A DNA stretch of 63,683 bases, filler included, from Barthelona sp. PAP020 (lineage: Eukaryota), in NCBI GenBank assembly GCA_040182905.1. It is 12 parts of 12 records of this genome, joined end to end, with 100 filler letters (N's around TTAATTAATTAA, not from the genome) between each part and the next. Parts side by side here need not be neighbours in the genome. Positions count along the whole stretch, not along the records: positions 21,542 to 26,808 come from JARQWU010000619.1; positions 26,909 to 32,162 come from JARQWU010000620.1; positions 32,263 to 37,484 come from JARQWU010000621.1; 9 more parts are not named here. One strand, 5' to 3'. The notes beneath the pieces were generated by a model that saw nothing but the letters and a program-made list of their open reading frames with translations, was not told where the DNA came from and ran no database searches. The translations under genes and the position numbers were made by a program. This document shows, in pieces, positions 22,547 through 32,715 of this stretch (position 1 is the first letter of the stretch; the number at the start of each line of letters is the position of its first letter).

Positions 22547-23863
22547 GTGAACTTTTCATCTTTGTTTAATCAAAATTCTGAGCGTTTACGAACGTCTTCG
22601 GAGTTTTCAGAACCATTCAAAAAAGAAGAATCGACCGAAGAATTGTTGGATGAAAATCAACTTCTACAGAAAATGTTACAATGGAAAAAATCAAAGGATC
22701 AAACGTTAAATTTATATGTGATCTTGTTAGTTGGTGCAAATAAAACGAATTTTGTATTTGGTAATGTTGATTTATTACCAGGACATTTTCATTATGCCTT
22801 AACATTCGAAATAAATCAAATTGAAACTTTAAAAAATTTAACTGTACGAATTGGAAATGTTGTTGGTTCAATTGAACCTAAACCAGTTATTAAATCAACT
22901 GTAATTGTTGTTGCTGGTGCAGTTATCAATTATCAATTTGAAATGACAAATTATATTGGAGTGCAGAAGAGATTCAACTTGCATGATACCTATTACTATC
23001 TATTACCTCCTGAACACACTCGAATTTACAACGATATAGCTTCAGCAATGCATGGTCTAATCTATTTACATTTTACGGGAAAACTTAGTTTATATTTCCG
23101 GCAAGTACATCCAAAACGCCGATCGAATCCCCAATACTACATGGGATCACGAAATTCGTTTGATTGTGTTACATATAGTGAGAAATTTTTCGATTCACCA
23201 AGGACACTGGTTATTGGAAGACATAGAGGACTGGGCATGGCATTATCAGTTTTACAAGATGGAAAATTTACAGTTTTAGATCTTGAAGCTGGACATCTAT
23301 TGGCTGCCGAGATTTTAACCCATGATCTCTTGGGAAACTTTACTTTTGAGGGAAAAAAAATTGCCATCAAAAAAACAATGTTTGATTTTCTTCGATCTAA
23401 CCTTGGGTATTCATTGATTGAGTACGAACATATATGTTCGAAACAAGGATTGGAAGAAATCTATGCCTGGTTATGTTTCAATACATATGCAGATGATGAC
23501 CAGATCTTAAATAAAAAAATAAAATCTTGCAATGAGATTTTTGAATCTGGATTGAATGATATTGAGGGCACATCTTTGGAGTTTTTAGCTGTTTTAATAC
23601 AAACCAGATATCTTTGTCGATGCATGGCTAATTTTAGTGTTGCATTTCGAAGTCAGACTATATACATAAATTTTGGCGGAATAAAGTCAAAAATTGCGTT
23701 TTATAAGTTCATTGAGAGCAATCATTCAAAATTTTTCATTGAGTTTGAGAACCATCCAAGAAAAAATTGGTTAAAAACTGTAAGTGTCTTCATTCAAACT
23801 CAAGATTTAGACACTAAATTTTTAGGTGCTTTAGTTGAATGTACAAAAAAATTGAAATTTTGA
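22547..23863 (+). CDS. Bacterial/protist-type glucokinase (Glk) homologue with degenerate motifs; start uncertain (first ATG 22673)
   Basis: VAGAVIN...MTNY, IYNDIASAMHGL, GLGMA, LEAGH and EYEHICSKQGLEEIY occur in Glk order. Confidence 0.75.
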   Translation: MNFSSLFNQNSERLRTSSEFSEPFKKEESTEELLDENQLLQKMLQWKKSKDQTLNLYVILLVGANKTNFVFGNVDLLPGHFHYALTFEINQIETLKNLTVRIGNVVGSIEPKPVIKSTVIVVAGAVINYQFEMTNYIGVQKRFNLHDTYYYLLPPEHTRIYNDIASAMHGLIYLHFTGKLSLYFRQVHPKRRSNPQYYMGSRNSFDCVTYSEKFFDSPRTLVIGRHRGLGMALSVLQDGKFTVLDLEAGHLLAAEILTHDLLGNFTFEGKKIAIKKTMFDFLRSNLGYSLIEYEHICSKQGLEEIYAWLCFNTYADDDQILNKKIKSCNEIFESGLNDIEGTSLEFLAVLIQTRYLCRCMANFSVAFRSQTIYINFGGIKSKIAFYKFIESNHSKFFIEFENHPRKNWLKTVSVFIQTQDLDTKFLGALVECTKKLKF

Positions 23864-23930
23864 TGTTGAAAGAAATTGTAAAAAATAAACAGATCAAAAG
23901 GAATTTTTTTATTTAACCTGTGATTTTAAG

Positions 23931-24491
23931 TTAATAAAAATTTGGTCCAGTTGTGAAACAACTATATTTATTTGCAAAGAAAGCAAACTCAGAAAACTCA
24001 TTCTAGCAAATTTCAATCAAAATCCAAGGGGAGAGGGGAAGAATTGAGGGACTGAAATGTAATTTGAACGATCAAGCAAGAAAATTTCTGAGAAATTCTG
24101 CATTCATATTTTTTTGTATTTATTTCCAAGCCAAGAAGCACTGTGCGTATGTGTGAATAAAAAAGAATGGTGTTTATTTGGTTAAAGGCTTTCGAGGCCC
24201 GATTGATCTGTTAAAAAACTTCAGATTTTCTAAGGTCAAGTTTAAACTTTAATATTTTGCTTTTGCAAAAATACAAAAAAATAGGAATAAAGAATTTCTC
24301 CGAAATTCTCCTACTTGATCGTTCCAATTACATTTCATTCCTTCAATTCCCCTCTTGGGATTTTGACTGAAATTTGCTAGAATGAGTTTTCTGAGTTTAC
24401 TTTCTTTGCAAATAAATATAGTTGTTTCACAACTGGACCAACACTGTTCTTTTTTATTCTCTCATACGCACAATGCTTCTTCGCTTGGAAA
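23931..24491. mobile_element. Nested inverted-repeat locus of the ~320-bp repeat family (MITE/foldback-like)
   Basis: 24123-24441 is a full copy (+); 24440-24491 is an inverted copy of its first ~52 bp; 23942-24120 is an inverted copy of 24270-24441. Confidence 0.7.
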
Positions 24492-24550
24492 TTTTTCAAT
24501 AGATTAATTAAATAGAAATAAAAAATATTCACAAAGTTTACAAAAAAAAT

Positions 24551-26086
24551 CTACAAAACATTACAACAAGCCATAGTGTAAGGCCTTCTACCTGTATAAA
24601 CTTCATCAAATTTTCTTAAAGCAGGAAATTCGTTACAAGGAACTGCTCTCCAACATATACTCTTGTGAAGAACATAACACTGATAACAAACATCAATTGG
24701 TCTTCTACCTTCCATATCTTTTGCTTCTTGATCTGCACCATTATTAAAAAGTAACTCTAATGTTTTCAGCATGTCTGCGGCATTATAATCATCTTCTTCG
24801 AAAAAATAATCAGCAGCCCTGTGTAATGGTGTTTCCATATACCTATTCAATCCGTTTATGTCGGTTTCAGGCAATTTTAACAAAAATTCAACAATTTCAC
24901 AAGACCCCTGATCAGCAGCGATATGTAATAGAGAATTACCGTCTAAATCTACAATTGAAGTGTTGCAATCTTGCTCAATCAAATACTTAAAAACACTAAT
25001 TTTGTTAAAACATGCAGCATGAAATAAACAAGACCAACCTCTTTTATCGATCACATACTTGTCGATATCATTATTGATCAATAATTTTACCATATCCAAA
25101 TTACCGTTCATACACGCTACATGCAATGCATTGCCATTTCCTTGATCATAAGCATTGATATCTGCACCATATTTCAACAGCAACTGAACGGCTTCACGTT
25201 TGTTGTTTTCTACCGCACATAACAAAGGAGTATACATGTACCTTCCTGGAATATTGAGATCTGCTCCAGCTTTGATGCATTTTTTGATAAACACAATGTC
25301 ATTCATTCTTGCAGCATAATGAAGTTCCGTGCTATCCCAACGATCAGTTTCATCCCATGAAAAATCAGTTGGAACTTCGATATCTGCTAGTTCTTCAAGA
25401 TCTGTCGCTAATATCACAACATCCTTCTCTTTTTTCGCAAAGCTATCATCTTTATCTCCATCAATTACGCTTTCTTCTTTTTCAATAAATCCAGGCTTAT
25501 GATGTTGTAATAAATGTATGACATACTCTGCCATCATGGGAGAAGAAGAATACATTGTTGGACGCCCATTATTTAAGCAAAAAGAATCAACATTTTTAAA
25601 AAAAGCCAAATGATCCAATATCTCAGAATCAGGATATTCTGAAAAACATGAAATCACTTTTTTATACAATTCAAACAAATTATTTTGTATTTCTTTATCC
25701 AAAATATTAAAACTTTCCCTTCGTTTCATTTCATCTTCATAATCCAAATACTCATTTTCAAAATAATCAGAATTATTCGCTTTTTCCATTTCCCTGTCTT
25801 CCCGTATCCTATTTTCTTTATCAATAAATTCTTTATTCCTTCTAATTCGATCTATTTCATACCAATTTGTACAAACTAATATATTGGACACAAGTACACA
25901 TAATTGATTGATAGGCCCATGAGCCTTTATTAAGCTTAAAATTTGATTATAACTTCTTTGAATTGGTTTGGACACATTGGGAAATAATTCAAGAAATTTT
26001 AATTTCAAGATCTTAATTATAAATGTTTCAGGCGTTTGAAATGCAAGAGATAAATATTCTTCCTCAAATAATTGAATATTATCCAT
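24551..26086 (-). CDS. Ankyrin repeat protein with C-terminal CCaaX motif
   Basis: TELHYAA, TPLLCAV, NALHVAC, SLLHIAA and TPLHRAA repeats; ends MACCNVL*. Confidence 0.9.
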   Translation of the reverse strand: MDNIQLFEEEYLSLAFQTPETFIIKILKLKFLELFPNVSKPIQRSYNQILSLIKAHGPINQLCVLVSNILVCTNWYEIDRIRRNKEFIDKENRIREDREMEKANNSDYFENEYLDYEDEMKRRESFNILDKEIQNNLFELYKKVISCFSEYPDSEILDHLAFFKNVDSFCLNNGRPTMYSSSPMMAEYVIHLLQHHKPGFIEKEESVIDGDKDDSFAKKEKDVVILATDLEELADIEVPTDFSWDETDRWDSTELHYAARMNDIVFIKKCIKAGADLNIPGRYMYTPLLCAVENNKREAVQLLLKYGADINAYDQGNGNALHVACMNGNLDMVKLLINNDIDKYVIDKRGWSCLFHAACFNKISVFKYLIEQDCNTSIVDLDGNSLLHIAADQGSCEIVEFLLKLPETDINGLNRYMETPLHRAADYFFEEDDYNAADMLKTLELLFNNGADQEAKDMEGRRPIDVCYQCYVLHKSICWRAVPCNEFPALRKFDEVYTGRRPYTMACCNVL

Positions 26087-26368
26087 TCTTTCATTGAAAG
26101 ATGATAAAACTATCTCAAACAATTTTTTTTCTTTTATTTTTCAATTTTCAACCATTCTATAAATAAACTCGCTTAATTTTTTCAAACAATTTTTGTGTAT
26201 TTCTAATTTATTGTCCACATAATTTTGTTTTCTCATTTTAATATGACCTATTCATTAATTTTTAAGAGATTAAATATTTTGTTCTTATAATTATCAAATC
26301 CAACATAAAATAATAAATATAAATATTAAAATTTCTATCTTTTTACAACAAATACCCTTAAAACTCAA

Positions 26369-26808
26369 TTATAAACCATTTTCCAAAAATGATTCAATGA
26401 AAGCTTTTTGATCTTTTGATATTAATGAATCTTCATCACTAATTCTTCTGGGTATATAATCCTTTGAAACGGTGTTATACCTCAATTTTAAGGAAGGGGC
26501 AATATGTGCATCATAAAACTCCTGCTCGCTGACAGAAAATAAACTATATCCCTCTTTATTTTCAAACGGAGTTGATAAATAAGTTCTTCGTTTGTTTAGA
26601 TGTTCAAAAACTTTTGGTATATTGTTTTGCAAAATAATTTCACAAATTTGAGACACTTCTGGAATAACAACAGGTTCTTCAATTTCAACCATATCATCTT
26701 TATCAATTAAAGGAATATCAACAGAAACGTTAGTTTCTTCTTGAGTCTCTTCATATCTATCACCCTTTAATTCTTGAACAGGCTCTATGCTAATTTCATC
26801 ATAAACAA
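26369..26808 (-). CDS. 3' end of an unknown protein (5'-truncated)
   Basis: Frame open from the contig end to TAA at 26369. Confidence 0.7.
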
Positions 26809-26908
26809 NNNNNNNNNNNNNNNNNNNNNNNNNNNNNNNNNNNNNNNNNNNNTTAATTAATTAANNNNNNNNNNNNNNNNNNNNNNNNNNNNNNNNNNNN
26901 NNNNNNNN

Positions 26909-27864
26909 ATATTTGTAGTTTCATCACTAAAGTCAAGATAACTTCGCGATATGCGTTTGCTGCTACTCATTCTGGTATATTATATGTTGTTGATCTTCAG
27001 TTAATGAAATGCTTCAATCATTATATTGCTGACCAACAACTGACTTCTTTAGAAATAGGACATGAAATAGACACCTTGTATATTGGACGTGATGATGGGG
27101 TTTTCACTGTGTATAATTTCATCACCAAATCGGTTGTTTTCGAGTTGGAGATTGCCACAAACTGTCCTTCTTATAACAAAAAATTGACAGATATTGTTGT
27201 TAATAGGAATAATACATTTGTTTCAGCACAAAATGGGAAAATTTTCGTGCTTAGTTTGGAATATTGCATTGAGTCTATTCTTGAGAGGTGTGATAATACC
27301 AATGAGTCATATCCTATATGTCTTGCCATTAGTAAGGATGAACGCCTTTTGTTGAGTGGAGAGAATCGTTCTTTGGTCATTCTATGGGAAATTGCCACAG
27401 GAGATATTGTACACATATTTGATATCAAGTACAATGCGATTCATGGCCTTCAATTTTATGATAACGACCGAAAAATGATATATATTCCTGGTTTTGGAGG
27501 AAAAGTGGTTGTACATTCACTCATGGACGACTTTAAAATGTTGAAAACATTTGATGCAGTGAAAAGTGGTGCGAATTGCATGATTATCAGTGGGGATGAG
27601 ACATTCTTGGCATGTGCTGGTCGTGGTCTCTGTGAAATTGAATTCTTTCAAATATTAGATATGAAAAAGGTATATTTAGATAAAATAAAAGAACATTTTG
27701 ACATTTTATTGGCTGTCTTTTTAAAACAAGCAAAAGAATTGAATGGTCATGTTATTGAAAGTCTTTTGGCAACCAATGTGTTTTCTGTCACATCAGAAGA
27801 AATTCAAGAATTGATTTCAAATGGTATTATTCTTAGTGAAGAAGAAAAGTTAAAGTTTTTGTAA
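26909..27864 (+). CDS. Divergent WD40 repeat protein, 5'-truncated
   Basis: CLAISKDERLLLSGENRSLVILWEI etc.; frame open to the contig start. Confidence 0.8.
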
Positions 27865-28260
27865 ATAGAATTCTTAGGGTTTGTTATTTTATTTATTTTA
27901 TGCATATATATCATAAATGAAAGTGTTTATTCATAAAAATAGAGAATATGTTGACTTTTCATTCTTACCACAAAATTTTGGATTTTCTATTTTTGGCTAT
28001 TTCCATTTTTTTTGAATTTTCTGATATTTTGTAAGCAACCAAAGGTTAATAAATGATATGAATAACATGATAAAATTTTAAAATAACAAACAAAATGCTA
28101 TAGAAGCAGTTTACAAGTAAAAAGTTTCAAAATCCACTATAAAGAGACAAAAACCAACATTTTGACATCAATATTTACATATTTTGAACTCAAAATAATT
28201 TTTTAAATTTTTCTTTTGATTTTTTAAAGACATTCATTAAAAAAAAAAAACTGATTGTCG

Positions 28261-30153
28261 TCAATCATGTTGTCTAGGCATACCCAAATCAGACAAACTA
28301 TGGATTTGACGTAAAGACTCCAAATATTGCTCCACAATTCTATTCAATCGTTGATTATCTGTCATCAATGTGCTACATTTATTATTTAACTGAATTTTTT
28401 GAGTATTCAAATCTCTTAACTTGTTTTTCAAATCATTGGCTTCCTCATTAAATCTCAATTCTCTACTTTGAAATTCTAATTTTAGAGACTCGATCTCCCT
28501 CCTTTGACTTTCAAAATCAGTATCTTTACTATCAAAACGTCTTTTGAAAGACCCACAATCATCTGTTAATCTGTTAATCTCACGTTTCTTATCATCCAAA
28601 GTTTCTTCTAAAGAATGAATTCTGGTTTGTCCTTCATTTAACTGACTACCTAAATCGCGAATTCTTTCAGTCAATGCTTGAAGATCGATATCTTTTCTGG
28701 ATAAAGTTTCTTTTGACAAATCTCTCTCTAATTTCAAACGATTAATCTCATTGTCATATTTTTGATTCCAAGCTTTCTCTAAGTTCTCCAAATCAACATT
28801 ACTTCTTTGTTTTAAAGCAATATTTTCAGTCATTTTAATGTCTAATTCATTTTGTAACCTTTCTAACTCTTGTTCCATTGCATTTTGTTGAATCATAATT
28901 GTCTCCAAGTCTGCTTGATGTTCTAACAAAATTTTCTCATGTTTATCTTTTTGAATCTGAAGATCAACTTGTTTAGAAGTAATTAGCTCTTTATTACGTT
29001 CTTCTAGAATTAAGATTTGATCATTGAGTTCTTTTTTAGCAATTTCAGCATCAACTTTATGCTTTTGCAATACTTCATTCAATTGTTGTTCACTGTGCTT
29101 TAACACATTAATCTCACTCATTAATTTACCCTTATCCCTTTCAATTAATTCTATTTCATCAAGCATTTTATTATTTACTCGCTTTTGATTACCAATTTCA
29201 ATTCTCATTTCATCAATTTCATGAGCCAATTGATGTTTTTCTTCCTGCTCTTTCTTTAATTGATTCCTTAATTCAGTTATCAAACTCTCAAATGTAACAA
29301 TTCTACTCGATAAAGTATCATTGACAACCTTCATCTCACTTTCAATTTCTAAACGACGTTTTTGAGTTTCAATTGCTAACTTTTCTTCCATTTCAACTTT
29401 CTCTCTCCTCTTTCTATTAGAATTGATTCGATCGATGATCTCTTTCTTAATTTTTGGATCAGAAAAACTGTTTCCGGTGAATTCAATCGTTTCTAATGCA
29501 GGATAACAATGAATCTTATCTAATAACGCTTGAATTCCATTCACATTAATGTAATTTGAAGAAATATTCAATACTTTTAGAGTATTTGAACTAAAATGAT
29601 CAATAAATAACATCATACAATTATCATTCAAATAGTTATTGGATAAATCTAAATGTTCAATGGGTAGTTCACTCAAATTATTAAAAAAAATGGGTAAATA
29701 ATCAATATTATTGCCTAAACTGCACCATTTTAAAATTAAAGTATTTAAAGATTTTAAATACTTTAAAACATCATTGAAATTACTCAAAGGATTAGCTTGA
29801 TCTCCTAAACAAAAATAATTTCGTGAAAAATCAAGATATTGTATACAACTTGGATTACTGTTATCACTATGGTATAATTTTAAATATTTATGAAAACATA
29901 AATGTGCAGCTTCTCTTATATATGCATCACCTTTATTCGCTATAATTCGATTGATTCTATTACTTGCAACAATCACTTCAAATAAAATATCATAATGTTC
30001 ACCAAATATTAATGTATCAGATAAATCCAAAGTATATAATCCTTCCTTATTCAATGTTATATTCTGTAAAGAATTAATTATCGAACTAGATGGTGATATC
30101 TTCCCATTATCAAAACATTTTTGTCGATACTGTCCTACAAAATCATATTCCAT
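28261..30153 (-). CDS. LRR + long coiled-coil protein, LRRC45-like (centriole linker)
   Basis: N-terminal RNI-like LRRs (LNTLILKWCSLG, HLDLSNNYL) followed by a long coiled coil. Confidence 0.65.
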   Translation of the reverse strand: MEYDFVGQYRQKCFDNGKISPSSSIINSLQNITLNKEGLYTLDLSDTLIFGEHYDILFEVIVASNRINRIIANKGDAYIREAAHLCFHKYLKLYHSDNSNPSCIQYLDFSRNYFCLGDQANPLSNFNDVLKYLKSLNTLILKWCSLGNNIDYLPIFFNNLSELPIEHLDLSNNYLNDNCMMLFIDHFSSNTLKVLNISSNYINVNGIQALLDKIHCYPALETIEFTGNSFSDPKIKKEIIDRINSNRKRREKVEMEEKLAIETQKRRLEIESEMKVVNDTLSSRIVTFESLITELRNQLKKEQEEKHQLAHEIDEMRIEIGNQKRVNNKMLDEIELIERDKGKLMSEINVLKHSEQQLNEVLQKHKVDAEIAKKELNDQILILEERNKELITSKQVDLQIQKDKHEKILLEHQADLETIMIQQNAMEQELERLQNELDIKMTENIALKQRSNVDLENLEKAWNQKYDNEINRLKLERDLSKETLSRKDIDLQALTERIRDLGSQLNEGQTRIHSLEETLDDKKREINRLTDDCGSFKRRFDSKDTDFESQRREIESLKLEFQSRELRFNEEANDLKNKLRDLNTQKIQLNNKCSTLMTDNQRLNRIVEQYLESLRQIHSLSDLGMPRQHD

Positions 30154-30565
30154 CGTGTATAAAAAATTATTACATGCTCCATCATTCCGCCAATATTTTT
30201 TTTATTGTATTGTCATTGCTTTTCCTCATTTTTCCTCAAATAAATAATATTAATGATCTATAATATTTGTTGAACCTTTAATTACAAATTATTATTTTCA
30301 ATTACTTGTTTTCTTTTCATTGAACTTCTTACACATTTTATTCCTTTTAATTAAATTAAAAATTAAATTTTTTAAGACTTTAATAGATCTTGAAACGGAA
30401 AAATAGCCAAATACAGCGATAATTTTTTTGAAAAATTATGTATTGCTTTATCCTCTATATATGAATTAAATGGTTTCATAAACGTAAATATGTGTACAGT
30501 CAATGTTTTTATGAAAAAAATTGAATTTTATTTTCAAACAAATTCATTTATTTTTTTCAATTTGA

Positions 30566-32158
30566 ATGTCAAGATTAGGTTTTACCACTCCGTTTGAAAT
30601 GTCAGCGGAAGAAGAATTGGCTGAGTTACAGAAAAGATATCATCTACTTGAAGGTGATCGTAGAGCATATCATGAAACTTCACAATGGACAATCAAACAA
30701 AACAAAGAATCAATTGAACAATTACGTGAGGAAAATAAAAGAATTCAAAAAGAAATTTTAGAATTGCAAAAAGCTCGTGGTAATGCTGAAAGTCAAAGTC
30801 TTGCTGTTGACCAACAATGTAATAAACAACGAGATATTAATGTTCAAATTCGCAGAAGAATCGATCTCTTATCAAACGAAAGTAACGGAATTCAAAAACA
30901 TTTGAAAGGAAAACAAACTGATCTTGATAGTTTGAAGGTGCAAGTTGATGGCCAACTTCCCACGTCTGACAATCCCTTGCAAACAAGAATTCGTGATTTA
31001 GAGAATCAATTAGATAAAGTCACCATCAGATACAATGATTCTATGGTTGTTCAAAAAGCTTTAGTTCAAACAGTCAGTAGATTAGAGGAAGAATTTGTAT
31101 CTTTTGAGGCACAAACTGATAAATTGGAACAACTTTATGCTGTCAAACGAGAAGATTTTGAAGAGTTAAAACTGATGCATGGTGATAGTCTTCATGCACG
31201 TGATGTATCACAAGTGGATTTAGATGCTTTCAAAAAACAGGCTCTTATAGAAAAGAATAGTCGTCAGCAAATGCTAAATGAGAGAAGAGCTATGGTTGAT
31301 CATAGAATGCAAATGACACAAAAAATGGAACAGAGAGAGCAACAGAGAAGAAAAGATCGAGAATCTGATCAAAATGATGATGATAGACAGTCTGTTGATG
31401 ATGTTGCTGAAGAAAACGCGCTTTCAAAAATTGATTCATATGAAGATGCTTTCAAACGTATAAAAGAAGCTACTGGTGTTGCTGATGTCAATGAAGTCAT
31501 TGAAAAATTCTTGACATAAGGTGAAACACATGACACATTAACAAGAATGGTTGATGATGCTAACATACGTATTCAAGCTTTAAGTGAAGAACAGCAATCT
31601 ATGCAACAAAGAGTTGAACATTTAAGATTTAGTGGTACCAGTGCCACCCAAGGCAGAAAAGCTTTACAAGAAGCTGAAACGAGATTAACAGAAGCTCAAG
31701 AAGAATTATCAAAGGTTCGTAGACGTTCTCAAAATTATGAACGTGTTTTAGTTGGTGTCAGATCTGCTTTAGAACATTTAACTGCAAAAGCTGAAGGAAT
31801 TAAGGCAGCTACTGAGTTTGCTCCAATACCTACCCCTGTTACTAATGAAAATCTTGGAGAAGTACTTTCAGCCATTCAACAACGTATATTACACCTCTTG
31901 AGTGTTCAAGAACAAGTAAAGGAAAGTCCTAAACAGCAAACACAATCAATGAAGATATTCATTGATAAAAGTGTTGATGTGGATGAAGAAGAAGAAGAAA
32001 ACTCAGATGATGATGATATGATGGAGAAAGTTTTGGATAGATCAGCTTTGAAGAGACAAGCTGCTGATTTAGCTCAAAAACAAGAGAATACACCTGTTAG
32101 AGGACAAGGTCAAAAAGATTATGGAAGTAGATCAACAGGCATGAAAGGATTTGAATGA
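30566..32158 (+). CDS. Outer dynein arm docking complex subunit (CCDC151/ODAD3 family) with one in-frame TAA at 31517-31519
   Basis: LQKRYHLLEGDRRAY, RIRDLENQLDK and FKRIKEATGVADVNEVIEKFLT*GETH. ORFs 30566-31519 and 31547-32158 share a frame. Confidence 0.75.
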
Positions 32159-32323
32159 AATANNNNNNNNNNNNNNNNNNNNNNNNNNNNNNNNNNNNNN
32201 NNNNNNTTAATTAATTAANNNNNNNNNNNNNNNNNNNNNNNNNNNNNNNNNNNNNNNNNNNNATTTTCATACTTGATGATTAAGATTCAATTGCAGCCAC
32301 TTATTTTCTGTGGCTGAGATTTA

Positions 32324-32400
32324 ATGAAATGAGTTTTTTCTGATTGCTTTTTCTTTGTAAATAAATATAGTTGTTTTACAACTGGATCAAATTTTTATTA
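32324..32400 (+). repeat. Repeat family, 3' part
   Basis: AATGAGTTTTTTCTGA...AAATAAATATAGTTGTTTTACAACTGGATCAAATTTTTATTAA matches 24380-24441 and the reverse complement of 23931-24000. Confidence 0.75.
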
Positions 32401-32641
32401 ATTTTTTTTTATGTGAGTGCAATTGTTTCATAACTGAACGAAAATATTTTTCAAGTGAATTAACTATGTTTGTGAAATTTTTTATTAAATAATTTTTATT
32501 TATTTACTTTTATGTAAAGAAATTTTTAGTTACAAAGTAATTATCTATTTTAATATATCAATATCTTTAATTTTATTGATTTTAAATACATTAATTACAT
32601 ATGTTTTATTCCAAATAGTTTATACTAAAAGTATAGACAGT

Positions 32642-32715
32642 TCCTCTCTAGCTCAGTACGGTAGAGTTTCCGGCTTTTAACCGGACGGTCGCGGGTTCGA
32701 GCCCCGTGGGAGGAG
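32642..32715 (+). tRNA. tRNA-Lys (anticodon TTT, 32676-32678), intronless
   Basis: Acceptor TCCTCTC/GGGAGGA + G73; D stem GCTC/GAGT; anticodon stem TCCGG/CCGGA with loop CTTTTAA; T arm GCGGG-TTCGAGC-CCCGT. Confidence 0.95.

Noticed and set aside
32642..32715. tRNA as a UAA suppressor or tRNA-Asn/Asp
   Set aside because: The 7-nt loop CTTTTAA puts TTT at positions 34-36, so it is an ordinary Lys(UUU).
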